DNA from: an uncultured cyanobacterium
GTDB lineage: Bacteria; Cyanobacteriota; Cyanobacteriia; CAKZMO01
Reading direction: 5' to 3'
Assembly: GCA_963719515.1 (NCBI GenBank)
Contig: CAVRCJ010000013.1
Span: 168,063 to 232,062 of the forward strand
Length of the DNA stretch: 64,000 bases
A program made the position numbers and the translations under genes. This document shows, one piece after another, positions 1 to 10,655 of this stretch (positions within the stretch are counted from its first letter, which is position 1; each line of letters starts with the position of its first letter). The notes beneath the pieces were generated by a model, which searched no databases, was not told the DNA's origin, and was given only the letters and a program-made list of their open reading frames with translations.

Positions 1-731
1 GCTCGATTGGCATAGCTGAGGTTAAGGTCGGCGTCCAAGCGCTGCTCTTTGAGCAGTAGCTCACTCCAGGGTAGCGCCCGGTAAAAGATTTCCGCCCGCA
101 GTAGCGATGCCGTCTCCCACCGCTTAAGATGCTTGACCTGGATATCCTTATAGAGCCGAATCGGGTATCCCGCTCCCTGCAGACGGTAGCCTAGCTCAAT
201 GTCTTCAATGCAGGGCTTGCGGTATGCTTCGTCGAAGCCACCCACAGCCCAAAAGGCCGATCGCCGCACCGCGCCGCAGGCTCCCCAAAACGTGGAGGCC
301 TCTTCTGAAGATATCTGGTGGGTGTAGTGATGAAACAAGTTCTTGTACTGCGACAGAAAGTTGTCTGCACCCGGTGCATCGTCGTAGGAGCCGATGAGAG
401 CCCCTAGCTCTGGCTGCTGGAAAGCCTGCTCCACTTTACCGATGGTGTCCGGGTGCAGAGTGACATCGGCGTCGACAAAAAAGATTACGTCGCCGACAGC
501 AGCTTTGGCCCCTACGTTTCTGGCACGGGCCGGACCTCCTGAACTTGGGAGCCGCAGCACCTTTGCCCCAAAGTCCTGGGCAACTTTCCACGAGCCGTCG
601 GTATCACCGTCTGACACTACAATGACTTCGTCAGCAGGGCGATCGCTTCGCTTTAGGCTGTCTAGGCATTGCTTAAAGCTTTCGCCACCGTTGTAAACCG
701 GAATGACGATTGAAACACTAACAGAGGACAT
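1..731 (-). CDS. Glycosyltransferase family 2 (3' end runs off the window; alternative in-frame ATG at 752)
   Basis: Not in the ORF track. Manual translation from 731 gives MSSVSVSIVIPVYNGG...VIVVSDGDTDGS...GPARARNVGA...FFVDAD...GGFDE...IEDIELGYRL, classic GT2 motifs including DxD. Confidence 0.9.
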   Translation of the reverse strand, partial: MSSVSVSIVIPVYNGGESFKQCLDSLKRSDRPADEVIVVSDGDTDGSWKVAQDFGAKVLRLPSSGGPARARNVGAKAAVGDVIFFVDADVTLHPDTIGKVEQAFQQPELGALIGSYDDAPGADNFLSQYKNLFHHYTHQISSEEASTFWGACGAVRRSAFWAVGGFDEAYRKPCIEDIELGYRLQGAGYPIRLYKDIQVKHLKRWETASLLRAEIFYRALPWSELLLKEQRLDADLNLSYANR

Positions 732-1523
732 GATTCTGCACTCCAATTTCATCTGTATTCACTGAATTCACTGAGTGAAGCACTCGATGCTGTCGCACCA
801 TCCACAAAACCTGCAGCAATTGTTCTGAATTTAGAATTGTGAATAACCTATAGAAAAGCAATAACCCTGCTGTGCAAATGGGCTACGTCATTAGAAATCC
901 CAAAACGCGTGGACCATAACGGCACAAGCCATAAATCGAGAAACTTGGTTCTCTCAAAAGCTTTTCTAAAGCGACGATTGCATTCTTCAGCTTAGAGCGG
1001 CGATCGTGCTAATGCTGTCTGTGACAATTACCATAAGAGGACAATCTGTAGCGTATCGCAATGCTGCGTATGGCATCTTCACATAAAATTTATCGGCTCC
1101 TGAGCGGCACAATAATTGAATGAAGCAGTTAGCGCGTCAAACAACTGGCTTAGGAAATCGCGATAAGTGATACTAGGAAAAGGCTTTAGGCCATGGGCTT
1201 CACAGACGAACATTTTATCTCCTAAAAGCAAGATTTGTTCGCCCTATTGTATAGATGTCATGCTTGCGGTTGGGGTACGAGCAATCGCTCTTAGCTCCGT
1301 CTACATTACCTTTCCATAGTGGAGTCTTGACGATCTAAACTCATGAGATGTTCCCGGAAGCAAAGTCTGCCTATATTTCAACTGTCGTGGAGCACTGCCT
1401 TTTTCCGAAGTGTCTTGCCCGCTCAGAAATGCTGCCGCAACGACTGGCCTGTTGACGGCTTTATAAACCTCATGGTCTCCTTTATTTGGTTCTATAGAGG
1501 CCTGAACTTCGCATTTATATTCT

Positions 1524-3347
1524 ATGAATAGACTAAAATCTATGTCCTCTGACCTCAGAAAAGGAAACCAAAAAGTCTTTGGAGTGATGATACTCTCGGC
1601 GGTCTATGTTACCGTAATCAGGCTTCTAGGGCCATTAAATGTAGGGTGGGACCAGAGTATTCAACTCGAAGCAGCCTATCGCTTAATTCAGGGATTGGGG
1701 CTAACCAATGCTTTCTCACCTCAAGCCAATCTCAATCAGTCCCCCATTTCAGAATACCTCACCCACCATCCACCGATCTTCTCCCTACTAGCCGCCGCTT
1801 TTCTTGCCGCCGGGATTAGCCTCCCGGCTGTCCTGAAACTTATCTACAGTCTTACAACTATTATTGGCTGGGCCGCTTGGTCTCTCGTTAGCTCCCGGTG
1901 CCTGGTTGAACCGATTGCGTGCAGCGGACGACTCTTTCCGGTGAATCTGGTCATAGCTGTCGCGCTGCCAATCTTCTACACGCCTTCCTGGTCAGGAACT
2001 GATATTTTTCTTTGGGCCGGCATTCCTGCTATTGCACTACTACTGCTACCCCAAGACGGCGAAGCCTTGCTCAGTCACCCCAAGCCTAGAGGTCCAAGCG
2101 CTAAGGCGCGCACCCGTATTCAGTTCAGCGGTACAATCTTGTCAGGCTTAGTTCTTGGTCTGCTGGTCTCGGTGCGCTACTTCAGTATTTTTTTGCTGTT
2201 GGCGGCGCTATTCATGACTATTTACGCCTACGGGCCGAAAATTTCTGTATCGCTCAAACGGTCTCTGGCGATATACCTATCCTCTTTCCTTATTCTGATT
2301 CCAACATTTTTATATTTGAGGTGGGCGTCAGCCTTGACAAAGGCGAGTATTTCCTCCAGCAATAATCTACTTCAAACACATAAAGCAAGTCATCATAGAG
2401 CTGCCGACTCTGACTTCTCCTTACTTGCATCAGCCCCCGAGGCTATTGAAAGAGTTTTTTCAAGCTTTTAAAAATTGTATAAGCTGACCGGAATAAGTTC
2501 AGATAAGCTAGAGTCTTTTTTAAGCTTTAGCCCAATGATAAGCGACACACTCGGAGCAATATTTCTACTTGGCATTCTCATACTGGGAGTGACAATACTT
2601 TCCTATAGAAATCGAGAGAAATACTCTGTCGGCGTAGACATCTCTATCTCTCTTCTACTCACAATCACCGCGTTTGTGCTATTTTCTGTCGCGATCGCTT
2701 TTCTTGTACTATATAGCCCACTCGTTATCGATCGATATTACGAACCTATTATATTTTGCTTAGTATTGGTGGCTTATAGAGTAACAACCTTGCCTGGTTT
2801 CAGCCGCTCGGCTAAGGGCCTATGTGTGATATTAGTCTTGACCTTTACGCTGTACAACACGCTTCTCAAACCCGCTCAGTGGCTTTTATTCGACAGCAAT
2901 AAGGACCTGGCATATTCTATTCTGGCAATCGGAACTAAACTAGCCGATATTCCATATCCCAGCAACAAAATACTGAACGCTCACGAGGAATCTATCACGT
3001 TTCTCAAGGAAATCGAATCTCGAGAGCAAAATGCTTTATTTTTTATTCAGGACTACCCGACATACATGGGCTACTTTAATTTCAGCGATCCGCTTAAGGT
3101 ACGGCGAATTCCTGACCAAGGGTTTTGGGAAAACGCATATTTGAGTCGTCCAACCAGAATATACTGGGTCATCAACGATAGAAAATGCTCCTCAATTTGC
3201 GCTTCGGGAGGAAACTTTAATTCCAATAATCCCGATCGAGCCTTTGAACCAATGCTGTCTTTGCCTGGCTTAAAAACCGTTTTCGAAGGTGAGCAGAACA
3301 ATACAAGAATTATGGTGTCAAACTTGCCTGCTGGGCATCGGTTTTAA
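1524..3347 (+). pseudogene. Polytopic membrane protein (possibly GT-C-like glycosyltransferase) interrupted by an in-frame TAA at 2469-2471
   Basis: ORFs 1524-2471 and 2475-3347 share one frame, separated by a single stop; many hydrophobic helices, an early WDQ loop and a soluble C-terminus; divergent from a GT2 gene. Confidence 0.6.
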
Positions 3348-3400
3348 GCTGAACAAGATCTCTGATCTAGTCTGTATTGGGAGAACTCGGGCCCAAAGTT

Positions 3401-3430
3401 TAGGGGTCATGCCTATGTGCATGACCCCTA
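3401..3430. terminator. Hairpin between convergent genes, probable bidirectional terminator
   Basis: TAGGGGTCATGC-ctatgt-GCATGACCCCTA, perfect 12-bp stem. Confidence 0.65.
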
Positions 3431-3448
3431 GACGTTTTTGAGTAGCCG

Positions 3449-6442
3449 TTAGACCGCTAAGGTGCGCCGCTTTGTGGTCAGTCGGAAGGCTTCAATAATG
3501 TCGCCCTCCTCCCAGCTGTTGAACTTGTCGATGCCAATACCGCATTCGTAGCCAGCAGCAACCTCTTTAGCGTCATCCTTCATCCGCTTTAGAGAATCGA
3601 GCGAGCCTTCGTAGACCATCTCGCTACGTCGCTGAACTCGGACGCGGCAGTTCCGCACCACCTTACCCGACTGGACGTAGCAGCCAGCAACCGCTCCTCG
3701 GCCTACGGCAAATACAGCGCGAACCTCCACCTGACCCAGCGGCTCTTCAACCAACTCGGGCTCCAGGAGACCCTCCATTGCGCCCTGGATGTCTTCCAGT
3801 AGCTTATAGATGATGTCATACTCCCGAATGTCAACCCCAGCTTGATCGGCTGCCTGACGAGCACCGCTCGCCAAGGTGGTGTTGAAGCCAATGATCACAG
3901 CACCGCTAGCCGCGGCTAGGTCGACGTCTGTCTCGCTAATCTCGCCAGGAGCCGAGAGCAAGACACGCACCTGAACCTCGTCTTGAGGCAGCTGCTGGAG
4001 CGAGGCCAAAATTGCTTCTAGCGATCCCTGTACGTCAGACTTAATCAGCAGATTAAGCTCCTTAAGGTCACCCTCTTGGGCCTGACTAGACAGCGTATTG
4101 AGACTGACCCGACGAGACGCTAGCGTCTGCTGTAGGCGCGACTGGCGTTGAGCATCGGCGCGGTTGTCGGCGGTTGATCGAGCCTCCTTCTCATCGAGGA
4201 AGACCTCGAATTCTTCACCGGCTGCCGGTACGTCGTTTAGACCCAGCACCTCAACGGCAAAGGAAGGGCTTGCCTCAGGGACGCGATCGCCCCGGTCATC
4301 GATCATGGCCCGAACCTTACCGAACACTGAGCCTGCGACAATTACATCGCCAATGTGCAGGGTGCCGTTTTGCACCAGCAGGGTAGCTACAGGGCCACGG
4401 GCCTTGTCTAGGTTGGCTTCGATCACCGTACCGCGAGCGGTACGGTCAGGGTTGGCCTGTAGATCTTCTACCTCAGAGACCAGCAGCAGCATCTCCAGCA
4501 GTCCGTCCAGGTTCTCGCCTTTGAGGGCGCTGACGGGCACCATAATGGTGTCGCCGCCCCACTCCTCCGGAACCAGGCTGTGCTCGGTCAGCTCCTGCTT
4601 CACGCGGTCGGGGTTGGCTTCCTCTTTATCGACTTTGTTGATCGCAACGACAATAGGCACTTCTGCCGCCTGAGCGTGGCGGATCGCCTCGATGGTCTGA
4701 GGACGGACACCATCGTCTGCTGCCACTACTAGCACCGCAATATCGGTTACCCTAGCGCCCCGCGCTCTCATAGCGGTGAAGGCTTCGTGGCCTGGTGTAT
4801 CGAGGAAGACAATCTGCTGCGACTTGCCGGCGTGCTCCACATCAACATGGTAAGCGCCGATGTGCTGGGTAATACCGCCCGCTTCTCCCTGGGCAACTTT
4901 CGCTTGGCGAATGGAGTCAAGGAGAGTCGTCTTACCGTGGTCGACGTGGCCCATGATGGTGACCACGGGTGGGCGACGAACCAGGCTTTCGAAGTCCGTT
5001 GCGTCGATCATCTCGGTGACCTTCTTCGCTTCGGCCTCATCGGCTTCAGCCTCGACCATCACCTCGTATTCTTCTCCCACCGCCGCTGCTGTAGAGACGT
5101 CTAGGATCTGGTTGATGTTGGTGGCAATTCCTTTGAAGAACAGAGTCTTAATGATGTCAGTTTCCGGCACCATCAGCTGCTCGGCGAGGTCATGTACCGA
5201 AATGCCGTCTTCCGAAATACCAATGATTTCAGGCCGCTCCTCTTTAGGCTCCTGCTCACGGCGATCGCGACGGGTCTGACGACGATCTTGAGAGGGCTTA
5301 GACGGTGAAGGCTTACGCCGCGCGGCAGCGGGCTTCGGTGTTACCCCTCCACCCATACCTTTGGGCTTTGGCGGACGCATTAACGATAGCGACATTTGCT
5401 CAGCCGAAACCGCATCAGCATTGCCCGAATCATCATCCTCATCGAATTCTTCGTCGTCGACGATCAAGTCTCGACGCTTAGGACGAGTCGCCTTAGCGCG
5501 CTTCGGAATTTCCTGCTCGTCTTCTTCTTCAGTTTCTTTCTTCTTGTCGCGTTTAGGCCGCATCGGCGACGGACGCAAGAGACTAATCTCATCAATGACG
5601 CTGACGCTAGAGTCATCCGACGTCGTGGTTTTGGTCTCCTCCGAGCTATCTCCCGTGCGAGCGGGGGTTGGCCGCCCAACGGGTCGCCTCAGCTTGGGCA
5701 ATTCAGCCAGCCTAGGAGGCTCAACCTCGGGTCTCGCTCGCGGCGGCGACGGGGCCTCTACTTCAGCCGTCTCCCCAAGCTGGGAGGGTCGCGGGCGCTC
5801 AACGGTGGGCGCTGTGGCGCTGACTGTCGCCGACAAACCGTTGCCGTTTGTGGCCTCTACCGGTTCGGATCGGTCCTGAGGCCTAACGGGCGGCGAGACT
5901 AATGCTGCTGGCTTTTCGAGGGGCTCGACGTTGACCTGATCTAGATTTGACCCTGCTTCTACAGGATCTTGAAGCTGGGCCTCGGTCGGCATAGCGGCTC
6001 CGTTAGAAGCACCTGACGAAGCGGGTTCAGGAGCCCTCGCGGCGCGAGGCGGCGCCGCCAATCGGGGAGACTTGACCGGCCTTGGCGGCGGCGGCGCATC
6101 GACGGGCCTCTGCTGACGCGCTACGGGCCTATCGACAGGGGGCTCAGGCTGCGGAGCATCGGATGCCGTTCGCTTGCGAATCTCTAGGATTTGAGGCTTG
6201 CGCTTCTGCGGCGGTTTGGGCTTCAGTTCAGGGCGTTCTCGCTGCGATCGCTTTGCGGCAGGGGGGCGGCTGGCTGAGCGGTTGACGGACGCTGAGCGAA
6301 TTTGCTCAGCTTCGGACTCTGTGATTGTACTGCTATGGCTCTTTGCAGCGATATTGAGCTCGTTACAGACGGCTAAAATGTCGCGATTTTCCAAATTTAA
6401 CTCTTTCGACAACTCGTATATCCTGACTTTGTCGTTGCTCAT
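3449..6442 (-). CDS. infB: Translation initiation factor IF-2
   Basis: N-terminal [12 protein letters not shown]-domain motifs [21 protein letters not shown]-terminal [10 protein letters not shown]. Confidence 0.99.
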   Translation of the reverse strand: MSNDKVRIYELSKELNLENRDILAVCNELNIAAKSHSSTITESEAEQIRSASVNRSASRPPAAKRSQRERPELKPKPPQKRKPQILEIRKRTASDAPQPEPPVDRPVARQQRPVDAPPPPRPVKSPRLAAPPRAARAPEPASSGASNGAAMPTEAQLQDPVEAGSNLDQVNVEPLEKPAALVSPPVRPQDRSEPVEATNGNGLSATVSATAPTVERPRPSQLGETAEVEAPSPPRARPEVEPPRLAELPKLRRPVGRPTPARTGDSSEETKTTTSDDSSVSVIDEISLLRPSPMRPKRDKKKETEEEDEQEIPKRAKATRPKRRDLIVDDEEFDEDDDSGNADAVSAEQMSLSLMRPPKPKGMGGGVTPKPAAARRKPSPSKPSQDRRQTRRDRREQEPKEERPEIIGISEDGISVHDLAEQLMVPETDIIKTLFFKGIATNINQILDVSTAAAVGEEYEVMVEAEADEAEAKKVTEMIDATDFESLVRRPPVVTIMGHVDHGKTTLLDSIRQAKVAQGEAGGITQHIGAYHVDVEHAGKSQQIVFLDTPGHEAFTAMRARGARVTDIAVLVVAADDGVRPQTIEAIRHAQAAEVPIVVAINKVDKEEANPDRVKQELTEHSLVPEEWGGDTIMVPVSALKGENLDGLLEMLLLVSEVEDLQANPDRTARGTVIEANLDKARGPVATLLVQNGTLHIGDVIVAGSVFGKVRAMIDDRGDRVPEASPSFAVEVLGLNDVPAAGEEFEVFLDEKEARSTADNRADAQRQSRLQQTLASRRVSLNTLSSQAQEGDLKELNLLIKSDVQGSLEAILASLQQLPQDEVQVRVLLSAPGEISETDVDLAAASGAVIIGFNTTLASGARQAADQAGVDIREYDIIYKLLEDIQGAMEGLLEPELVEEPLGQVEVRAVFAVGRGAVAGCYVQSGKVVRNCRVRVQRRSEMVYEGSLDSLKRMKDDAKEVAAGYECGIGIDKFNSWEEGDIIEAFRLTTKRRTLAV

Positions 6443-6603
6443 CCCTACCTCATACGTACCAAAAAACTGCTACATAACGACGACCTGATTTTCTACACAA
6501 AACAACAGTGAGAATAAGTCTATATCACCTAGCTTCACCTAGCTTACAAGGCGATCGCCTTGCCTCAGGGTTACAGAGATCAATTCTAGCCTAATAGTCT
6601 GCC

Positions 6604-6790
6604 TACTTGCAGGGATGCAGATTTTGACATCCTCCCCGCCCTGAAGAGCGGGGATTCCCGGTCTGCCCACTAGGTGGACTCCCGACGGGTGGACGCCTCA
6701 GCGCGGATTGCCCCTGACGAGGTCTTATGCCCGCTCCGCGTCCGTTTAGAGTCTCGGGCTAGCTCCAGCCCAGACGTTTCAATATTGCGG
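6604..6790 (-). ncRNA. Predicted TnpB reRNA/omegaRNA (scaffold overlapping the tnpB 3' end and right end; guide approx. AATCTGCATCCCTGCAAGTA)
   Basis: Inferred from established TnpB biology and the right-end TCAA boundary; 5' boundary approximate. Confidence 0.55.
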
Positions 6791-7914
6791 CTAGCATTGC
6801 CGTCCCGGTCTTGGGTTTTGCCGCAACCAAGACAGACCAGCTCTCGAACCGACAGCTCCAGCTTGCCCCAGCGGTAGCCGCAGTCGGCACACTTCTGGCT
6901 AGTCGGCTCCCACCGGCTGATGACCGATACCTCGCGTTCCAGTATCATCGCGGCCTTGGCCTCGCACATCGTTCGCAGATCACGCCAGCCCTGTTGCGCA
7001 ATAGCGCGGGCCAACTTGCGGTTGCGCACCATGCCGGACACGTTCAGGTCTTCAATAGCCACAACGCTATGGTTGCGAATCAGCCAGGTCGAGAGCTTAT
7101 GCAGAAAATCCTTGCGGATGTCCCGCTGCTTGGCCTTCAGCTTAGCGATGCGCAGCCGGGTGCGCTCACGGCGCTTCGACCCCTTGACGCGCCTATTCAG
7201 CTTGCGCTGCTCACGGCGTATCTTGCGGCCAATGCGGTCGTAACCAGGAGACTCAACGCGCTGGCCGCTGCTGAGCACCGCGAACGTCTTGATACCCAAG
7301 TCCACACCCACGCTTTGGTTCTTGGCGGGGATGCTGACGGGTTGAATCAGGGCGACAAAGCTCAGGAAATAGCGGCCAGCGCGGTCTTTGATAACCGTTA
7401 CCGACGAGGACTCAGGTGGTAGCGGCCTTGACCAGCGCACCTTAAGGTTACCTACCTTGGCTAGATACACCTTGTCGCCCTTGAGCGAGAAGCCGCCCTT
7501 GCGGAATCGCGCCGACTGGCGATTGTCTTTACGCTTGAACCGGGGCGGCATCACCTTTGGTCCTTTGCGCTTGCCTTTGAGCGAATCAAAGAAGTTTTTG
7601 AACGCTACGCCCAAATCGGCGATGGACTGCTGCAGCGGGATATTTGATACCTCGCTCAGCCACTGGCGCTCAACCGTTTTCTTGGCCTGCGTGATGCAAG
7701 CCTTCTGAAGGTCGCCATTCTTAGGCAGCGAATCCGACTCCTTGCACAGTGCTAGGGCGTCGTTCCACACGACACGGCAGCAGCCAAACAGCTTGGCTAA
7801 GCTGATCTGCTGTCCGGACGTGGGATAGACGCGGTACTGGTAGCGGCACTTCATAAATACAATTGTCCTACAAAAGCCGCCCTAAAGGGCGGGGCTTGAG
7901 ACCCAGTTTTTTTG
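6624..7914 (-). mobile_element. IS200/IS605-family element carrying tnpB only (IS1341-like, non-autonomous)
   Basis: Left-end hairpin GCCCCGCCCTTTAGGGCGGC (~7876-7896), with TGAC just outside (7915-7918, minus strand). Right-end hairpin ATCCCCGCTCTTCAGGGCGGGGAGGATG ending in TCAA at 6624. No tnpA and no target duplication. Confidence 0.85.
6670..7854 (-). CDS. tnpB: RNA-guided endonuclease TnpB
   Basis: N-terminal YRVYPT...FGCCRVVWN; RuvC-I GVDLG; RuvC-II IEDLNV; Zn ribbon CADC...CLGC; RuvC-III DRDGNASRNI. Confidence 0.96.
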   Translation of the reverse strand: MKCRYQYRVYPTSGQQISLAKLFGCCRVVWNDALALCKESDSLPKNGDLQKACITQAKKTVERQWLSEVSNIPLQQSIADLGVAFKNFFDSLKGKRKGPKVMPPRFKRKDNRQSARFRKGGFSLKGDKVYLAKVGNLKVRWSRPLPPESSSVTVIKDRAGRYFLSFVALIQPVSIPAKNQSVGVDLGIKTFAVLSSGQRVESPGYDRIGRKIRREQRKLNRRVKGSKRRERTRLRIAKLKAKQRDIRKDFLHKLSTWLIRNHSVVAIEDLNVSGMVRNRKLARAIAQQGWRDLRTMCEAKAAMILEREVSVISRWEPTSQKCADCGYRWGKLELSVRELVCLGCGKTQDRDGNASRNIETSGLELARDSKRTRSGHKTSSGAIRAEASTRREST

Positions 7915-7974
7915 GTCAGGGCTTACCAATATTATCTGAACTGAGGCTATACCTCGGGTGCCATCAGACGAGAG

Positions 7975-8253
7975 TCAAGGCCCCTTCCCCTGAAAACCCG
8001 CCTCGACAGTCGACAGACGCTCCCGCAATGTCCTGTAGACATCATCAGGCACAGGAGCCCTCAAGACTTTTCCAAGGCGATTTTTGCGCTGAGCGGCCTG
8101 TAGACAGGCTGAGCAGGGGCAGATATAGGCCGAGCGGCCCATACCGGCATCAAGCTGCAGCGATCGCGAAGGATGGAGCCGGACTACGCGCCAAAAGTCT
8201 GACTTGTGGGCGACGCGCCTGCAGCCGATGCAGCGGCGATAATTAGTTTCCAT
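7975..8253 (-). CDS. ylxR: YlxR/RnpM-family RNA-binding protein
   Basis: RRCIGCR...GRSAYIC motif; lies between nusA and infB. Confidence 0.93.
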   Translation of the reverse strand: METNYRRCIGCRRVAHKSDFWRVVRLHPSRSLQLDAGMGRSAYICPCSACLQAAQRKNRLGKVLRAPVPDDVYRTLRERLSTVEAGFQGKGP

Positions 8254-8280
8254 GCAAAGGGGTTGTACTCACGGCATACA

Positions 8281-9768
8281 TTATGGCTCATAAAGCCCTT
8301 CTCTAGAGGCGGGCTCCGCGACCGAACGGCCGCCAGCAATTGGAAGGTGGGCCGTCTCATCGCTGGTGAATCGCAGCGGCTCGCGATCGAACTTTTCTAG
8401 AGGCTCCTCCAAAGGCTCAGCTTCTATTGCCACACCAACCTCACTGGGCTCTAGGTCCCCTCCAACCTCAACATAATTTTCTGAGGCTTCTAAAAAGGCA
8501 GCTTCACGGGCCTCAAACTCTCTAGCTTCTGCCTCACGAACCTCCGCCTCGGCTGCCTCACGGGCTTCAGCAGCTTCGCGGGCAATGCTTCTTTGCTCCT
8601 CTATCTCGGCCATCCTTTGGTCCTCTGCCTCGTAGTCATACTTAGCAGAATCTTTAATGTCAATTTTCCACCCCGTCAGACGAGCCGCTAGGCGAACGTT
8701 TTGCCCTTCTTTCCCGATGGCTAAACTCAGCTGGTCCTCCGCGACCAAGACGTGGGCCTGCCGCTCTTCGGGGTCGACAAGGCGCACTTCGTCGACGCGG
8801 GCGGGGCTGAGGGCATTGGCGACGTAGGTAGCGGGGTCAGGGGACCAGCGGATCACGTCAATCTTTTCGCCCCGGAGCTCATTGACCACCACCTGAATGC
8901 GCGACCCTCTGGCCCCAATACAGGCTCCGACCGGGTCAACATCGCGCTCTACCGTATCCACCGCAATTTTGGTGCGGGGACCGACAGACCGCGAGGGAGG
9001 ATTGGCTTCTCGAGCGACCGCCACGATGCGAACAATTTCGTCCTCAATTTCGGGGACTTCGTTGGCAAACAGGTAGACTACCAAACCCGCATCGGCCCGC
9101 GACACGATCAGCTGTGGCCCTCGGTGAGACCCCTCTGACACCCGCTTCAGGTAAACCCTGAGCGTCGCGTTGGCCCGGTAGTTGTCGTTGGGCAGCTGCT
9201 CTCGCTTCGGCAACTCGGCCTCAACTTCCGGCTGGCCAAAGCCGCTAGTCACGGACATAATCACCGACTGACGCTCGAATCGCAGCACCCGCGCCTGCAG
9301 GACGGTGCCTTCTAGGTCTTTGAACTCCTCTTGAATAATTTTCCGCTGCTGGTCCCGCAGCTTTTGAGAGAGCACCTGCTTAGTTTGAATCGCGGCCATC
9401 CGGCCAAACTCGGTTTGTTCGGGGGTGACATCTAGAATCACGGTATCCCCAAGCTGAGCCTCTGCCGCCACCTCTTGAACTTCGTTAAGGGAGATCTGGT
9501 GATCGCCGACGGCCACTGCTTCCACAATCATCTTGGTCGCCAGAATACGAAAGCCTTCGTCCTCGACGTCAAGCTCAATTTCAAAGTTATCGAAGTAGTC
9601 TTCGTCAAACACTTCTGCCGCGTCAGGTCGGTAAGTACGGCGGTAGCGCTCATACCCTTTAAGCAGCGCCTCTCGTAGCGCGGCCTGTACCGCTGACTTG
9701 GGCAAGTTACGCTCCTGACTGATGCTGTCGATCATGGTCTGGAGACCGGGCAATTCGACCATTGACAT
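8281..9768 (-). CDS. nusA: Transcription termination/antitermination factor NusA (start moved to the ATG at 9768)
   Basis: FGRMAAIQTKQ, S1 and KH domains, DPVGACIGARGSRI, LAIGKEGQNVRLAARLTGWKIDI; GAGGA RBS before MSMVELPGL. Confidence 0.97.
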   Translation of the reverse strand: MSMVELPGLQTMIDSISQERNLPKSAVQAALREALLKGYERYRRTYRPDAAEVFDEDYFDNFEIELDVEDEGFRILATKMIVEAVAVGDHQISLNEVQEVAAEAQLGDTVILDVTPEQTEFGRMAAIQTKQVLSQKLRDQQRKIIQEEFKDLEGTVLQARVLRFERQSVIMSVTSGFGQPEVEAELPKREQLPNDNYRANATLRVYLKRVSEGSHRGPQLIVSRADAGLVVYLFANEVPEIEDEIVRIVAVAREANPPSRSVGPRTKIAVDTVERDVDPVGACIGARGSRIQVVVNELRGEKIDVIRWSPDPATYVANALSPARVDEVRLVDPEERQAHVLVAEDQLSLAIGKEGQNVRLAARLTGWKIDIKDSAKYDYEAEDQRMAEIEEQRSIAREAAEAREAAEAEVREAEAREFEAREAAFLEASENYVEVGGDLEPSEVGVAIEAEPLEEPLEKFDREPLRFTSDETAHLPIAGGRSVAEPASREGLYEP

Positions 9769-9907
9769 AGAAATATCCTCTTCAAAAATAGGGGGTGAGG
9801 GCTTAGGCCCAAGCGCAGAGTTTTGTGGGAAACAGTCGCGGTGACGCTGGCTGCGAGCTATCGACTGCGATACGCCGGCTGCTATAGATATCGGCTGCGG
9901 CAAAATC

Positions 9908-10369
9908 TCAGTCGCGATCGCTCAGCTGAACCTCCTGAATCTGGCTTCTAGGAATGGCGACCTTGCGGCCTCGGCAGCTTAGAACAACTGCTTCATCATC
10001 GCGGCTAATCAGCTGCCCTCGCCAAGAAGACTGGCCTTTAACTGCTTCTGTCGTGGTTACAACGACGGGAAATCCCTTAAATGCTCTAAAGTCTCGATCG
10101 CAGGTCAAAATCTCCGATACGCCAGGGCTAGACACCTCAAGCACGTAGGCCTCAGGGATGACGCCCGACTCATCCAACGCCTCTTCCAACGCCCGACTCA
10201 TCGTCTCACAGTCGTTTAAGCTGGTGTCCTCCTGCCGGTTGCGAACGTCAACCCTGAGCACGGGCGGGTTTTGGTTGGTGTGAAACGTGGCGCTGACGAC
10301 GTCAAGCCCAAGCTGAGCCGCAACGGGGGCCGCAATTTCGCAAACCTGGGGGATTAGAGGATGGGGCAT
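9908..10369 (-). CDS. rimP: Ribosome maturation factor RimP (start MPHPLIP at 10369)
   Basis: DCETMSR...YVLEVSSPG...FKGFPV; first gene of the operon. Confidence 0.95.
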   Translation of the reverse strand: MPHPLIPQVCEIAAPVAAQLGLDVVSATFHTNQNPPVLRVDVRNRQEDTSLNDCETMSRALEEALDESGVIPEAYVLEVSSPGVSEILTCDRDFRAFKGFPVVVTTTEAVKGQSSWRGQLISRDDEAVVLSCRGRKVAIPRSQIQEVQLSDRD

Positions 10370-10407
10370 GGCGGTCGCCGAGGAGTTATCTAAAACACAG
10401 CAAAAAA

Positions 10408-10442
10408 AAGCAATAAAAAAAGCGGGCTTGACCCCACTTTCA
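10408..10442 (-). promoter_or_regulatory. rimP leader terminator/attenuator hairpin
   Basis: Minus strand AAGTGGG-GTCAAG-CCCGCTTTTTTT directly upstream of rimP, matching the known GGG...CCC + U-tract rimP leader. Confidence 0.7.
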
Positions 10443-10655
10443 GCATCTAAATTGCTAGAAAGCAATCGCTGCCTCAGCAGACGAAGGCCGTGCAGATGAA
10501 GCTGCTGACCCTGTGCGAAGCTGAGCGCGATTCAAATTTATAGTAGCGCATCTCCCCCATCCTGCAGAGGGAATTGTGTCGAGGTGTTTCAATTCTGCTG
10601 CGCGAGCCGCCCAGAAGCCCGACAGGCTCCGCTGGGCCAAGGAGCGCTTCAAAGC

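Noticed and set aside
3703..6488. Numerous short overlapping or antisense ORFs in the track (here and throughout the window)
   Set aside because: They are shadows of well-supported genes in GC-rich coding DNA and show no motifs
6670..7854. Cas12f or nuclease-dead TldR
   Set aside because: No CRISPR array; IS605-type ends are present; the RuvC D-E-D triad is intact
9769..9903. N-terminal extension of NusA (and likewise of RimP, 10370-10465) given by the ORF track
   Set aside because: Family-typical starts lie downstream, and the RimP extension runs through the leader hairpin
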